In this document: positions 26,427 to 38,243 of the stretch, one piece after another
How positions within the stretch are numbered: the stretch's first letter is position 1
Layout: every line of letters begins with the position of its first letter
Assembly: GCF_006345805.1 (NCBI RefSeq)
Contig: NC_042997.1
Location: forward strand, 212,598,001 to 212,662,000
Source of the DNA: Octopus sinensis
Taxonomy: Eukaryota
DNA: 64,000 nt
Direction: 5' to 3'
The notes under the pieces: model-generated
Databases searched by the model: none
What the model saw: the letters and a program-made list of their open reading frames with translations, nothing else
Told to the model about the DNA's origin: nothing
Made by a program: the position numbers and the translations under genes

Positions 26427-26625
26427 AATGTCTGCTTTTCTTTGTGGCAGAGGTTGGACAGTTTGACAGGAATTGGCAAAGTAGAAGACTGCACCAGGTT
26501 CCAATTGTCTGGCTTGGTATAGTTTCTATGGCCGGATGCCTTTCCTAATGCCAACCACTTTACAGGGTGGAGGACTGAGTGCTTTTTATGTGGCACCAGC
26601 ACTGGTGAGGTTACCAATGTAACTT
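26427..26625 (-). mobile_element. RTE LINE 3' end fragment
   Basis: aatgtctgcttttc...ggttggacagtttgacagg...ggatgcctttcctaatgccaacc. Confidence 0.75.
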
Positions 26626-26769
26626 ATGAGACAAGACACCACAACTGAGGTGAGGAGGAATATTGAGGGAAGTGGCTTTATGCTCAGGGCCGAGAGGTTA
26701 GAGTATGAATAGAGAGGGGCAGAAATAGGTTTTCTTGCAGTAAAGGACATAGATGGCTACCTCAGTTGG

Positions 26770-26790
26770 GAAAGAGAGAGACAGAGAGAG

Positions 26791-26846
<56 letters not shown>
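26770..26846. repeat. (AG)n microsatellite
   Basis: Read directly from the sequence. Confidence 0.95.
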
Positions 26847-26850
<4 letters not shown>

Positions 26851-27021
26851 AGGGTGATGGTAAAGATGTGACAGTGGAGTATACTCAAGTTACAGGGAAG
26901 TGTATACAAGTGATGTGGAAGCAAAGGTCTGATTGGTGAAGTTGGTGGATAAGTTTGTGAGATTGTGAAAGGTGGGGGGCGGGGAATGAAGGGGAAGGAC
27001 TATTGTGAGCAGATAGTACTG

Positions 27022-27310
27022 CATCATCATCATCATCATCATCATCATTTAACGTCCTTTTTCCATGCTGGCATGGGTTGGACGGTTCAGCTGGGGTTTG
27101 GGAAACCAGGAGGCTGCAGCAGGCTCCAATCTGATCTGGCAGTGTTTCTACAGCTGGATGCCCTTCCTAACGCCAACCACTCCGCAAGTCTAGTGGGTGC
27201 TTTTTACGTGCCACCGGCACAGGTGCCAGGGGAGGCTGGCAACGCCCACGATCGGTTGATGCTTTTTACGTGCCACCGGCACGGAAGCCAGTCAAGGTGG
27301 CGCTGGCATT
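27022..27310 (-). mobile_element. RTE LINE 3' UTR fragment
   Basis: Family 3' UTR with two gtggcacgtaaaaagca units. Confidence 0.88.
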
Positions 27311-27492
27311 AGATGATGATATAAAAGATTAAACCATTGAAGATGGGGTCACAGTAGGGTCTCAATCCAATGATAAAAAAATCAATAAAAGAATAAAGCA
27401 ATGAAGAAATTCTTAGAAGAAAAGAAAGAAAACAAATATAATAATCAATTATATAAATATAAATATCAATTAAAATAATTTCAAATTACAGC

Positions 27493-27705
27493 CGGGCCCC
27501 CCTGGCACCTGTGCAGGTGGCACGTAAAAAGCACCCACTACACTCGCGGAGTGGTTGGCGTTAGAAAGGGTATCCAGCTGTAGAAACTCTGCCAGATCAG
27601 ACTGGAGCCTGGTGCAGGCCCTGGCTTCCCAGACCTCGGTCGAACCGTCCAACCCATGCTAGCGCGGAAAACGGACGTTAAACGATGATGATGATGATGA
27701 TGATG
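27493..27705 (+). mobile_element. RTE LINE 3' UTR fragment, inverted relative to 27022
   Basis: Family 3' UTR and (GAT)n tail. Confidence 0.88.
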
Positions 27706-27960
27706 TTGGTATCAGTGGTTCTTCAGGGTTGAAGATTTTTGTCCATTAGGCTTCGTTTCTGTAAACCAAGGTGGAGGTCAGGGTTTGATCCATAAACCCT
27801 ATCATAGACCAGGTGTTTGCTGTTTCTGTTGAGCTGCCCATGTTGAGCTGTGTCAAAATCTTGGCCTTTGTCCAACGTCTGCCCTTCTGTTGTTGCACCA
27901 GGGAATCTCAATTATCCACCTTGACATCTCCATTTACCAAATTTCCTTTAGATATGTCAT

Positions 27961-28345
27961 TGGTGGCTGTGTGGTTTAGAAGCTTTCTTCCTAACCACAG
28001 AGTTCCAGGTTCAGTCCCACTGCGTGGCTCCTTGGCAAGTATTTTCCACTATAGCCCTGGGTAGGCCAAAACCTTGCGAGTAGGTTTGGTAGATGGAAAC
28101 TGAAAGAAGCCCATCATGTATATGTGCCTGTGTGTGAGTGCTTCTGTCTTCTTCCTTGCTATGACATCATGTGATAGCTGTAAACGAGTGTCACTGTCAT
28201 ACAAGCGGTGTCATTCATTTCCAGTATTCTGTGAGAACATTACCTTGTTTAGAAACAAGTGAAGGTTAGTGACAGGAAGCACATCTGGTCAGAAAATTTA
28301 CCTCAACCAATTCTATCCAACCCATTCAAGCATCAGAGGGAAGTG
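27961..28345 (+). mobile_element. SINE family A head joined to an alternative 3' body
   Basis: The head and CORE-like part match 17341. After the central microsatellite the body differs (tgacatcatgtgatagctgtaaacgagtgtcac...ggaagtggacattaaa). Confidence 0.65.
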
Positions 28346-28394
28346 GACATTAAAATAAAAATCAAAATTCAAATGGAAATTGTAGTTAAGACAC

Positions 28395-28681
28395 CCGTGC
28401 TGGTGACAAATAAAAAGCACCAACTGAATGTGGCAGATGCCAGTACCACCTGGCTGGCGTCCGTGTCGGTGACACATAAAAGCACCAACCGATCGTGGCT
28501 GTTGCCAGCCTCGCCTGGCACGTAAAAAGCACCCACTACACTCACGGAGTGGTTGGGGTTAGGAAGGGCATCCAGCTGTAGAAACACTGCCAGATCTGAC
28601 TAGAGCCTGGTGCAGCCTCCATGGCTTCCCAGACCCTGGTTGAACCGTCCAACCCATGCTAGCATGGAAAACGGACGTTAA

Positions 28682-28713
<32 letters not shown>
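28395..28713 (+). mobile_element. RTE LINE 3' UTR fragment
   Basis: Family 3' UTR and (GAT)n tail. Confidence 0.85.
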
Positions 28714-28714
<1 letters not shown>

Positions 28715-29786
28715 GTCTCTCTGTCCTCCATGCAGGTGCTTTCATTCTATCATTCGGCGATAAAGCCAGACTATGGGAGAAAATACTTGCTCAACATGCT
28801 GCACATACTTACTGCACAGTAGCATCAAACAGAAAGATACGACTGCCAAGAAAAGTTCTTAATCCATCAGCCAAATCCATTTGGGCTTAGAAACTAGTTG
28901 ATGGATTCCGCCAATTATGTCTGTGGTGTTAATTAATGCTGGAGCTACTGTCTATGTCAGTTGTTAATTAGAGTCAGAACTGTTATCTCTGTGAAGTGTT
29001 AATTAATGCTGGAGCTGGTGTCCCTGATGTTGCTAAAATAAAGAAGACTTTAGCAAATGGTTGTCTCTGTTGGCAACTCACAGTTCCTCAAGAGAAACTG
29101 AATGAAAGAAGGTATTGCTGCTTAGCCGTGGGTCAACCCATGTCAAACAAACCAATGATCAAATGCATGCCAGCCAAGACCATCCTGTCAATTTAGGGGT
29201 ATGTAGATATGACCCTATTATATCATGTCCTGTCTTTACATAAGAGTGTAGAATTTGATTTGAGGGAGATTTGCTGCTATTTCAAGCAGATTGAATGACC
29301 ACATAGAAGCTTCTTCATTGGCTTGCATTAGAAGTAAAATTTTACATGGTAGTGCAACATGGAAACTGAATGTGGGATTATGTGATAAAGTTGGGAAGAG
29401 GTGAGGTATATGTTATGTTTGAGGAGTGAAAGAACATGAAAGATGTGATTGGCAGAGGAAACCCTATGCCTTAGTAAAAGAAGTCTGTTATCATTGGCAA
29501 AGGACAGATGAGATTGAGAAAAAACACAGCAAGTGGTGAAATTTGAATCAAATAATAAGAGGCTGACTGTTGGGGTTAAGGAGTTGGCTTCCCAACCATG
29601 TGGCCCTCATCATTTTAACATCCACTTTTCCATGCTTGCATGGATCAGAGGGAATTTGTTGAGATAGATTTTCAGTCCCACTGCATGGCATCTTGGGCAA
29701 GCATCTTCTACCAAGACTCCAGGCTAATCAAAGCTTTGTCAGTGGGCATGGTTGATGAAAACTGAAAGAAACCCATATACACAGAA

Positions 29787-30632
29787 ATGAAGCTAGAATA
29801 CTCTGCCGGATGCATAATGTCAGTGTGCATACATGACAGAGTGTAAATGCTCTGAGAGAAAAGTTGGACCTAAGAAGTATGAGATGTGGTGTGCAAGAGA
29901 GATGAGGGTGCTGGTATGGCCATGTGCTGCGTATGGATGAGGAGAGCTGTGTAAAGAAGTGTCACGTCCTAAAAGTGGAAGAGGTAGATCCAGGAAGACC
30001 TGAGATGAGGTGGTGAAGCCTGACCTTCAAATGTGAGATCTCACAGAGGCAATGACAAGTGACCGAGACCTTTGGAGATATACTCTGCTTGAAAAGACCC
30101 AGCCTGCCAAGTGAGATTGTAGCCATGGCCTATGCTAGTGTTGCATAACTGACCCATTTAAAAGTCCCTCTCAATTGTCAGGCAATGTACTGTGCTTGAG
30201 AAGACCTGTTGAATAAAGTGAAATCGTTGTAACCAATGCCAGTACCACCTGACTGGGACATAAAACAGCACCATTCAAGCGTGGTTGATGCCAGTGCTGC
30301 CTAATTGGCTCCCATACTGGTGGCATGTATAAAGCACCGTTCGAGCATGGTCAATGCCAGTGCACCTGACTGGTCCCCATGCCAGTGGCACGTAAAAAGC
30401 ACCATTTGAGCGTCATCAATGCCTGTGCTGCCTGACTGGCCTCTGTGCACGTGGCACATAAAAAGTACCCATTACTCTCAGAGTGGTTGGCATTAGGAAG
30501 GGCATCCAGCTGTAGAAACATTGCCAGATGAGATTGGAGCCTGGTGTAGCCATCTGGCTTGCCAGACCTCAGTCAAACTGTCCAACCCATGCCAGCATGG
30601 AAAGTGGACGTTAAACGATGATGATGATGCTG
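29787..30632 (+). mobile_element. 5'-truncated RTE LINE (ORF end plus 3' UTR with several internal repeat units)
   Basis: Collinear with the reverse complement of 4400-5050 (ctgagagaaaagttggac...tggtatggccatgtg...aggaagacctga), ending in a GAT tail. Confidence 0.85.
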
Positions 30633-30974
30633 ATGTTGAAATACACATACATATGTGTTTGTGTGTATGTGGGTGTGTAGCCTTGTCTTGATATGTGATG
30701 GTTGTAAACAATTGAAGCCATCCTACAACTGAGATGTTGTTTGTTTCCAGTCTTCCATGAAAACATGTCTGACCATGGAGGAAACATCCCCTAGTGTGGA
30801 AAGAGATGAGGGTTAACAACAGGATGCCTCAGCAAATTGCATCTAACCTATGCAAGCATGGAGACGTGGAAATGAAGACCACAACGGTGGGCGTCGAGCC
30901 TCACAGACAAGATAACCAAGAGCACCAACAGATTGGCTTCACCAGCCATTTCATGCCAGAATGGAATAACAAAT

Positions 30975-31372
30975 ACTCTCTTTCATTCTTTTGTTTCGGT
31001 CATTTGACTGCGGCCATGCTGGAGCACCACCTTTAGTCGAGCAAATCGACCCCAGAATTTATTCTTTGTAAGCCTAGTACTTATTCTATTGGTCTCTTTT
31101 GCCAAGCCGCAAAGTTACGGGAACGTAAACACACCAGCATCGGTTGTCAAGCAATGTTGGGGGGACAAACACAGACACACAAACATATACACACACACAC
31201 ACATACATATGAAGGGCTTCTTTCAGTTTCCGTCTACCAAATCCACTCACAAGGCTTTGGTTGACCCGAAGCTAGAGTAGAAGACACTTGCCCAAGATGC
31301 CACACAGTGGGACTGAACCCAGAACCATGTAGTTCATAAGCAAGCTACTTACCACACAGCCACTCCTACGCC
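30975..31372 (-). mobile_element. SINE family A
   Basis: Full-length reverse complement of the 17341 copy. Confidence 0.9.
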
Positions 31373-31470
31373 TCTTTGAAATAATATTGAAGTAATAATG
31401 ATGAAGCTTATAAATTAACACTCTTGTATTTCTGTTTTTATGTCGTTTTACTGAAAATTTCTTACCAATC

Positions 31471-32160
31471 TAAAGTATACTAGCCCTCTCAATATGACTA
31501 ACCACTAAGGGTGGGTGTTACTGTAGCTTTTAGCCCCAGGAGATCATCGTCTCCAGCTGGCTTTAGGCACACTTCTATGTGCCCTTATGGTATTTGCAAA
31601 GGGAGGTCATCCCTCTCTCGTAAGCCTAAGTGATACGCACCGGACTGCAGTTTCGAGGTATTTGCCTCTTGTCAACGCACGGTAATCACCGGTTTACGAT
31701 GAAAGGAGACCTGTTTGCAAATACTTATTGTTTTTCTAGTAACTTCTGTCACTGATTTTGAAAAACTGTCTGCAAGCAATAATAAATCTCTGAACGAGAT
31801 GTAAACAGTAACCGCTCGACAACGTAAAGTATACTAACCATCTCAATATGGCTAACCACTAAGGGTGGGTGTTACTGTAGCTTTTAGCCCCAGGAGATGA
31901 TCATCTCCAGCTGGCTTTAGACACACCTCGAAACTGCAGTCCGTACGTATCACTTAGGCTACGAGAGAGGGATGACCTCCCTTTGCAAATACCATAAGGG
32001 CACAGATAGTGTGCCTAAAGCCAGCTGAAGACGATGATCTCCTGGGGCTAAAAGCTACAGTAACACCCACCCTTAGTGGTTAGCCATATTGAGAGGGCTA
32101 GTATACTTTACGTTGTTGAGCGGTTACTGTTTACATCTCGTTCAGAGATTCATTATTGCT
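31471..32160. mobile_element. PLE pseudo-LTR-like structure with direct and inverted copies
   Basis: 31471-31658 is inverted at 31925-32110; about 31777-31925 is inverted at about 32010-32160; 31471-31570 is directly repeated at 31826-31925. It contains a hammerhead motif. Confidence 0.75.
31636..31681 (-). ncRNA. minimal type I hammerhead with U3-A8 core variant
   Basis: CGUGCG-UUGACAA-GAGG(CAAAUA)CCUC-GAAA-CUGCAG-UC/CGGUGCG. The inverted partial copy at 31926-31947 has stem I 3' arm CGUACG, which pairs fully with CGUGCG. Confidence 0.72.
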
Positions 32161-32904
32161 TTCTTACCAATCCTTCTTCAGGAACCTCCATCCTTTACCA
32201 TTCTCTTCGCTCTTCGTCTGCTCACGTTTCCTCTTTCAATTTTTTATTTTCTTTCTTCCCCCACCCCATTTTTTATCCTCTCCCTTCTTTTACTGTTTTT
32301 CTCTTTGTTTTCCTCCACCTCCATTCATTTCTCTCCTCTGACATTTAATTGTAGTAATTAATTTAATTATGGCATCGAATTCAAATATTGAAGAATTATA
32401 ATGATTGAGTGGATGAAGGAGTCAATTGCCTTAGGTTGAAATTCGCATCTTCTATTTAGTTATTGATACCCTTGGGCATTGGAAACTCTGTGTCATGTCG
32501 TGTGCTGTTTCCCTGGCAGCCGATCAGATGGGAAAACAGCAAGAAATTTGCAAGTACTTGAGGAGTCGACATTTCCAATATCTCATTCTCTCATGCAAAA
32601 ATATAACCTATATTCACTCTGGTATGAAGGTTGATAATAACATTGAAACAATATTATCAATGGAGTTTCAATCCTAGCCTAAGGACTAATCCATGTCTGT
32701 CTGTCTGTCTATCTGTCTATTTTCATATATATCACTGAAATATGATTAATTTATTTCTCTTCTTTTGTTAGTTTCCCTCATTAGACTGTGGCCATGCCGG
32801 AGCATTACCTCTCTTCCACTATTTATCTTATTCCTCCCCTTTGATAGATGAAAGGCCTCATTAACCTTGACTAGATTTGAACTCAGAACATCACCAGTCA
32901 CTTG

Positions 32905-33462
32905 TAGGTAATTCTATCCTTCCAGCGCTGCCTCGACTGGCTTCCGTGTCGGTGGCACGTAAAAAGCACCATCCGAATCATGGCCGAAGCCAGTGCCGCC
33001 TCGACTGGCTTCCGTGCAGGTGGCACGTAAAATGCACCAATCCGACCGTGGCCAATGCCAGCCTCGCCTGGCTCCTGTGCCGGTGGCACGTAAAATGCAC
33101 CAATCCGACCGTGGCCGATGCCAGCCTCGCCTGGCTCCTGTGCCGGTGGCACATAAAATGCACCAATCCGACCGTGGCCGATGCCAGCCTCGCCTGGCTC
33201 CTGTGCCGGTGGCACGTAAAATGCACCAATCCGACCGTGGCCGATGCCAGCCTCGCCTGGCTCCTGTGCCAGTGGCACGTAAAAAGCACCCACTACACTC
33301 GCAGAGTGGTTGGCGTTAGGAAGGGCATCCAGCTGTAGAAACACTGCCAGATCAGACTGGAGCCTGGTGCAGCCTTCTGGCTTCCCAGATCCCCTGGTCG
33401 AACCGTCCAACCCATGCTGGCATGGAGAACGGACGTTAAACGATGATGATGATGATGATGAT
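32905..33462 (+). mobile_element. RTE LINE 3' UTR with six tandem units of about 63 bp
   Basis: The tggcacgtaaaa core (tggcacataaaa at 33147) occurs at 32953, 33021, 33084, 33147, 33210 and 33273, followed by the family 3' end and GAT tail. Confidence 0.9.
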
Positions 33463-33994
33463 TGTCAATAGGGTGAAGGAAATTTAATGTAGATGGAATG
33501 TTTTATTTTTAAAGAAGAGATGAATAATTCCATGAATTACTAGAATTTTTATTCTCTGGTTTCTGAGTTATTGACAGTTCCAGTGATCTAGTTTCCTTCA
33601 TAATGCTACCATTTGCAGTTAATGCGATGACATCTCACATTAATGTCCCAGAAGCAGTGATTACCAGAAGAAAAAAAAAAACCCCTCAAAAACATAAATG
33701 GCTGCTTCCAGTTTACCTCCTCAGACACATTACTTACTTCCATATTTTGTCTCAAAGAAGAAAATTACTGGTTAAAAGAATGGGAAGAAATTTAGGTAAA
33801 TTTCTAACTAATGGACAGAGAAGTGGAGGCATATATTTAAGTGGGCACCACCCTGGTTTTGTTGGTCTGGCAGAGTGCCGAGCACCGGAAATAGAAGCAA
33901 AGAAGGAAAGAAAAGGTAGAAGCAATATGAAAATCAATATAGAATCTTGTGATCTTGCCAGAAGTTGAGCAGATAATATTAACTAGAAGTGACG

Positions 33995-34061
<67 letters not shown>

Positions 34062-34070
34062 AAAGAGAGT

Positions 34071-34146
<76 letters not shown>
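33995..34146. repeat. (AG)n microsatellite
   Basis: Read directly from the sequence. Confidence 0.95.
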
Positions 34147-34148
<2 letters not shown>

Positions 34149-34780
34149 AGCAGGGGAAATAGGATGGGTCGATGATGGGGAAGCAGGAAATGGATGGAGG
34201 AAAGGTAAAGAGAGAATTGGTTTGAAAAGAAGAGTCAGATGAGGAGAATTGAGAGAAGGAGGGAAAAAGATAATAATATAGGAAAAGAAAGGAAGGAAGT
34301 ATATAGGAAAAGAAAGAGAGGGGGGAAGGGAAAAGGTAAGAGATAGAAAGAGAGAGAGAGTGTGTTTGGGGGCGGGGAAGAGGAAGCTGTGTAACAAAAG
34401 CATAAAAGTCCAACTTTGAATGTGGCATTGTGGGAGAAATTGAATTAAAGCTGGAATATTTCATAAATGAAACAGTGAAACTTTCTCTCGTTATGTCATT
34501 AAGACCACCACATCACCATTATAACCACTGCATCATAAACATTACCATCATTATCCTCAACAACACAGCATCATAACAACAACAATGATAACAGCAATAG
34601 CAGCATCATCACATGATCCTTACAATGGAATTTTCAGAACAAAATAGGAATCCTTCCATTGGGGTTAGCAGCAGACAATGCTGAAAGGGGTGCAGCTTGT
34701 TGTTGCTGGACAAGTGCTCCCTGAGAATTGTGTCTATGCAGAATATGAGAGTCACAGAACTGTGAAATGGGATTATAAAT

Positions 34781-35008
34781 TTAACTCTTCTGCTACCATA
34801 TCCCTGCTGAGATGCTTTGAGTTTCTTTCAATTACTTCAAATATATTAAGGAATTTAGTAAAATAACTTCGTTATCATTAAGCTAATGTTAGGAACATAA
34901 ATTGTGACTAAGGTTTGGTGGAAGATTTTAATTCAAAATTTATGAAAACAAGACATTTGTACTCAGAGCCAGAGGTGGTTTCAGCCAGGTTGGTATCAAA
35001 AGGGCTAA
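34781..35008. mobile_element. piggyBac-like MITE, with a partial second copy at 35031-35095
   Basis: Ends TTAA|ctcttctgctacc and ggtatcaaaaggg|ctaa are imperfect TIRs at TTAA-like sites. Confidence 0.55.
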
Positions 35009-35260
35009 GAATTGTTACTCTATTATATATTTTAACCCTTTTGTTACCATATTTCTGTTGAGATGCTCTGCGTTTCTTTCAATTACTTTAGATATAAACC
35101 TGTCTTTATTTCATTGTCTATCTAGGACTACATTATCTAATGTGGGTTTCCTTTTTACAAGTGTGTAATTTGAAGGATACTTGACTACTCTTTGTAGCAG
35201 GTCAAGCAACCATACAGAGGCTTCCCATTTGCTTGAACTGTTCTGATAATCAAAACTATT

Positions 35261-35313
<53 letters not shown>

Positions 35314-35964
35314 ATGTGTAATGTGTGTGTATAACCCATCCCCAAAAAGAAATATATTGTCAGCTGTCACACTTCTGCCCCCAATGTATGATATGTTGTG
35401 ACAGAGACAAGTGTTGTGTGAAGCAAGTAAATTTATATTCTATTGTTGCCTTCATAACATTATAGTTTTCAGAATAAAAACACATTTATTCGAAAGAAAC
35501 CTTTCTAGTTTCAATGGAACCTTTCTACTTTCTTTGAAAAGTTTCTTTTTATTGGCGGCAAAACTTTTGGAAACTCTCATCCCACTTGTCTCTTTAATGA
35601 GAAATATGATTTTCCTTTATGTGTGAGAAAGCTTATCCTCTTTTAACAAATTCCACGTTGTATTTATGCCCTCAAAATGTCTTGTCTTTTCAGCCATTTT
35701 AATATTTTTGAAAATTATCCTAACACTGTGACCAGTGTGATGGTTGTTTTTATGTTGTCTGTCATGAAGTTGATGACGATTTTAAGGACAGTAACGACGA
35801 TGGTGACGATATTGATGTTGTGTTAATGTGGATGAAGAAGCAGAAGAAAAAAGAAGGGGGAAGAAAAGAGAAGACAATGGAGAAAATTGAAGGAAAGGAG
35901 AAAGAAGATGAAGAAGACAAGGAGACATAAAGGGTCTAATGAATGGTCGACCAAAGAAATTAAA

Positions 35965-36232
35965 TCATCATCATCATCATCATAGTTTAACGTCCGTTTT
36001 CCGCGCTAGCACGGGTTGGATGGTTCGACCGGGGTCTGGGAAGCCAGAAGGCTGCACCAGGCTCCAGTCTGATCTGGCAGTGTTTCTACAGCTGGATGCC
36101 CTTCCTAACGCCAACCACTCCGCGAGTGTCGTGGGTGCTTTTTACGTGCCACCTGCACAAGTGCCAGGGGGGTGTCTGGCATCGGCCACGATCGGTTGGT
36201 GCTTTTAATGTGCCACCGGCATGGAAGCCAGA
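35965..36232 (-). mobile_element. RTE LINE 3' UTR fragment
   Basis: Family 3' UTR and tail. Confidence 0.88.
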
Positions 36233-36594
36233 TAAGCTGAAATACTGTGGTTAATGATGCTGATGATGATACTGATGATAGGCCTAAACAATGTTTATTA
36301 CTTAGGTTGCTGTCCACTTCCTGCAGAGTCCAGAAGGTTAACAATCCCTTCTTCTTCTTTGTTGATGGTCAAGAACTTGACCAATTAGATTGTCTAATCC
36401 TAACAATGACTCACTTCCTTTAACATCCTACAAACATACTTTGCAGTTTATTCTTGCCAAAAGGCAGACCGTTTCTAGGTTCTTCATATCTGCGCCTTTG
36501 GGTCGGTGCCACCAGGTCAGAGTGGTGTGCTTTATGTTATTTATTTTGGACCATTTCTACAAGTTGATAATTTTTTCATTGAGTCATCAGAAAT

Positions 36595-36976
36595 GGAAGC
36601 ACTCCGTCGGTTACGACGATGAGGGTTCCGGTTGATCCGAATCAACAGAACAGCCTGCTCGTGAAATTAACGTGTAAGTGGCTGAGCACTCCACAGACAC
36701 GTGTACCCTTAATGTAGTTCTCGGGGATATTCAGCGTGACACAGGGAGTGACAAGGCCGGCCCTTTGAAATACAGGTACAACAGAAACAGGAAGTAAGAG
36801 TGAGAGAAAGTTGTGGTGAAAGAGTACAGCAGGGATCACCACCATCCCCTGCCGGAGCCTTGTGGAGCTTTAGGTGTTTTCGCTCAATAAACACTCACAA
36901 CGCCCGGTCTGAGAATCGAAACCGCGATCCTATGACCGCGAGTCCGCTGCCCTAACCACTGGGCCATTGTGCCTTC
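36595..36976 (-). mobile_element. SINE family B, tail type 1
   Basis: TSD catcagaaat at 36585-36594 and 36977-36986. Confidence 0.92.
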
Positions 36977-37224
36977 CATCAGAAATAATAATGGATTCAA
37001 TGATTTCCAGTGCTCGTTTTGTCCCTCTGCTCTTCAGTTTGTAATTTTGTGTGGTTCTTCTTTGTCTTTCAATCTTCTTAAATTGTAGGTTAGGTGTGAG
37101 AGGCCAGATATGAACATAAAAGAGAATATTCCGGTTGGGTCTCGCCAGTTTAAATGCTAAAAGCTATTTACCAAGCATTCTAAAGCTTCATCTGTTTACA
37201 AGAACACCCCCCCCCACCAACATG

Positions 37225-37790
37225 TAAAGTTATATCACTTTGACCGACCAGTCCGTCAGGCGTCCATTTGACACCGCTGGTCACAGCACGCTGTCCACTC
37301 CTCTCTGGATCGCGCCTTTCTCATCCACGTGATCCCAATCGTCCTCTTGAAATCGTCACTCCACCGTCGTGGAGGTCTCCCGGGTGGTCTTTTCCGCTCA
37401 CGCAGGTACCACTCGACAACTGCGTGCGTCCACCGATTATCGGTGAGTCGAGCGACGTGTCCAGCCCATCTATACTTGCTGCGAGTATACTCTGCGATGA
37501 CATCTCACACGCCGGACTTCTTTCTGATGATGTTGCTATTTATGTGCTCTCTCAACGAGATACCAAGCATTGACCTTTCCATGGCTCTTTGAGCCGTTAC
37601 CAGTCTTTGCTCTTCTCTCTTTGTGGTAGCCCATATTTCACTACCATATAACATTGCAGGCAGAACTGCACTGTTAATGAGGTTGGTGTGGGTGGTCCTG
37701 TCCAACCTACCCTTGAGCACATCCCTTATGCCATTGAATGCCTTCCATCTGGCCCTTACTCTCCGTGAGATCTCCTTTTTGATATCCCGG
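37225..37790 (-). mobile_element. second RTE-clade LINE family, 3' fragment
   Basis: Translation EISRRVRARWKAFNGIRDVL...VLPAMLYGSEIWAT...VTAQRAMERSMLGISLREHI. The 3' UTR differs from the main RTE family. Confidence 0.85.
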
Positions 37791-37827
<37 letters not shown>

Positions 37828-38243
37828 TCAAAATATACTCATTCCGGCACAGAAGCTATCCTTAGTTTCAGTAATGTTGCTCCTTTCACAGGAAGCTAAT
37901 TAAAATTATTGTTTACTCCAATCAAAACAGAAGATAAAAGCAACAAAATTTAGTTTCTACCAGAATTTCCTCCCAGAAATATGTCATATTCTTGGTAGGA
38001 ACTTCTCGATTAGGACTGAACGATATTTTCTGTGGGTGGACAATTTATTCAATCACAATATAAATAGATTTGTGTAATAAACTGAAAAACAAAATACTTT
38101 TTTATGAAATTAGAAAGAGATTCAAGAAATTTGATGATTTTTATTCTTTAGTTTTTATAAAAATCAATAAACTTCACCAAAAAATTTTAAAGCAAAATAA
38201 AAGAAATTGGTTTTTATTTCATTAGTTCTATCTTTATTGTGGA

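Noticed and set aside
28926-29017. 21-bp direct repeat gtgttaattaatgctggagct, 71 bp apart
   Set aside because: A simple local duplication with no further structure.
32898-33410. Repetitive 100-170 aa ORFs
   Set aside because: They come from the 63-bp tandem unit in the RTE 3' UTR, whose length is a multiple of three.
33752-33937. Signal-peptide-like stretch followed by TKPGWCP, resembling a WAP domain start
   Set aside because: It starts at TTG, lacks the remaining WAP cysteines and stops soon after.
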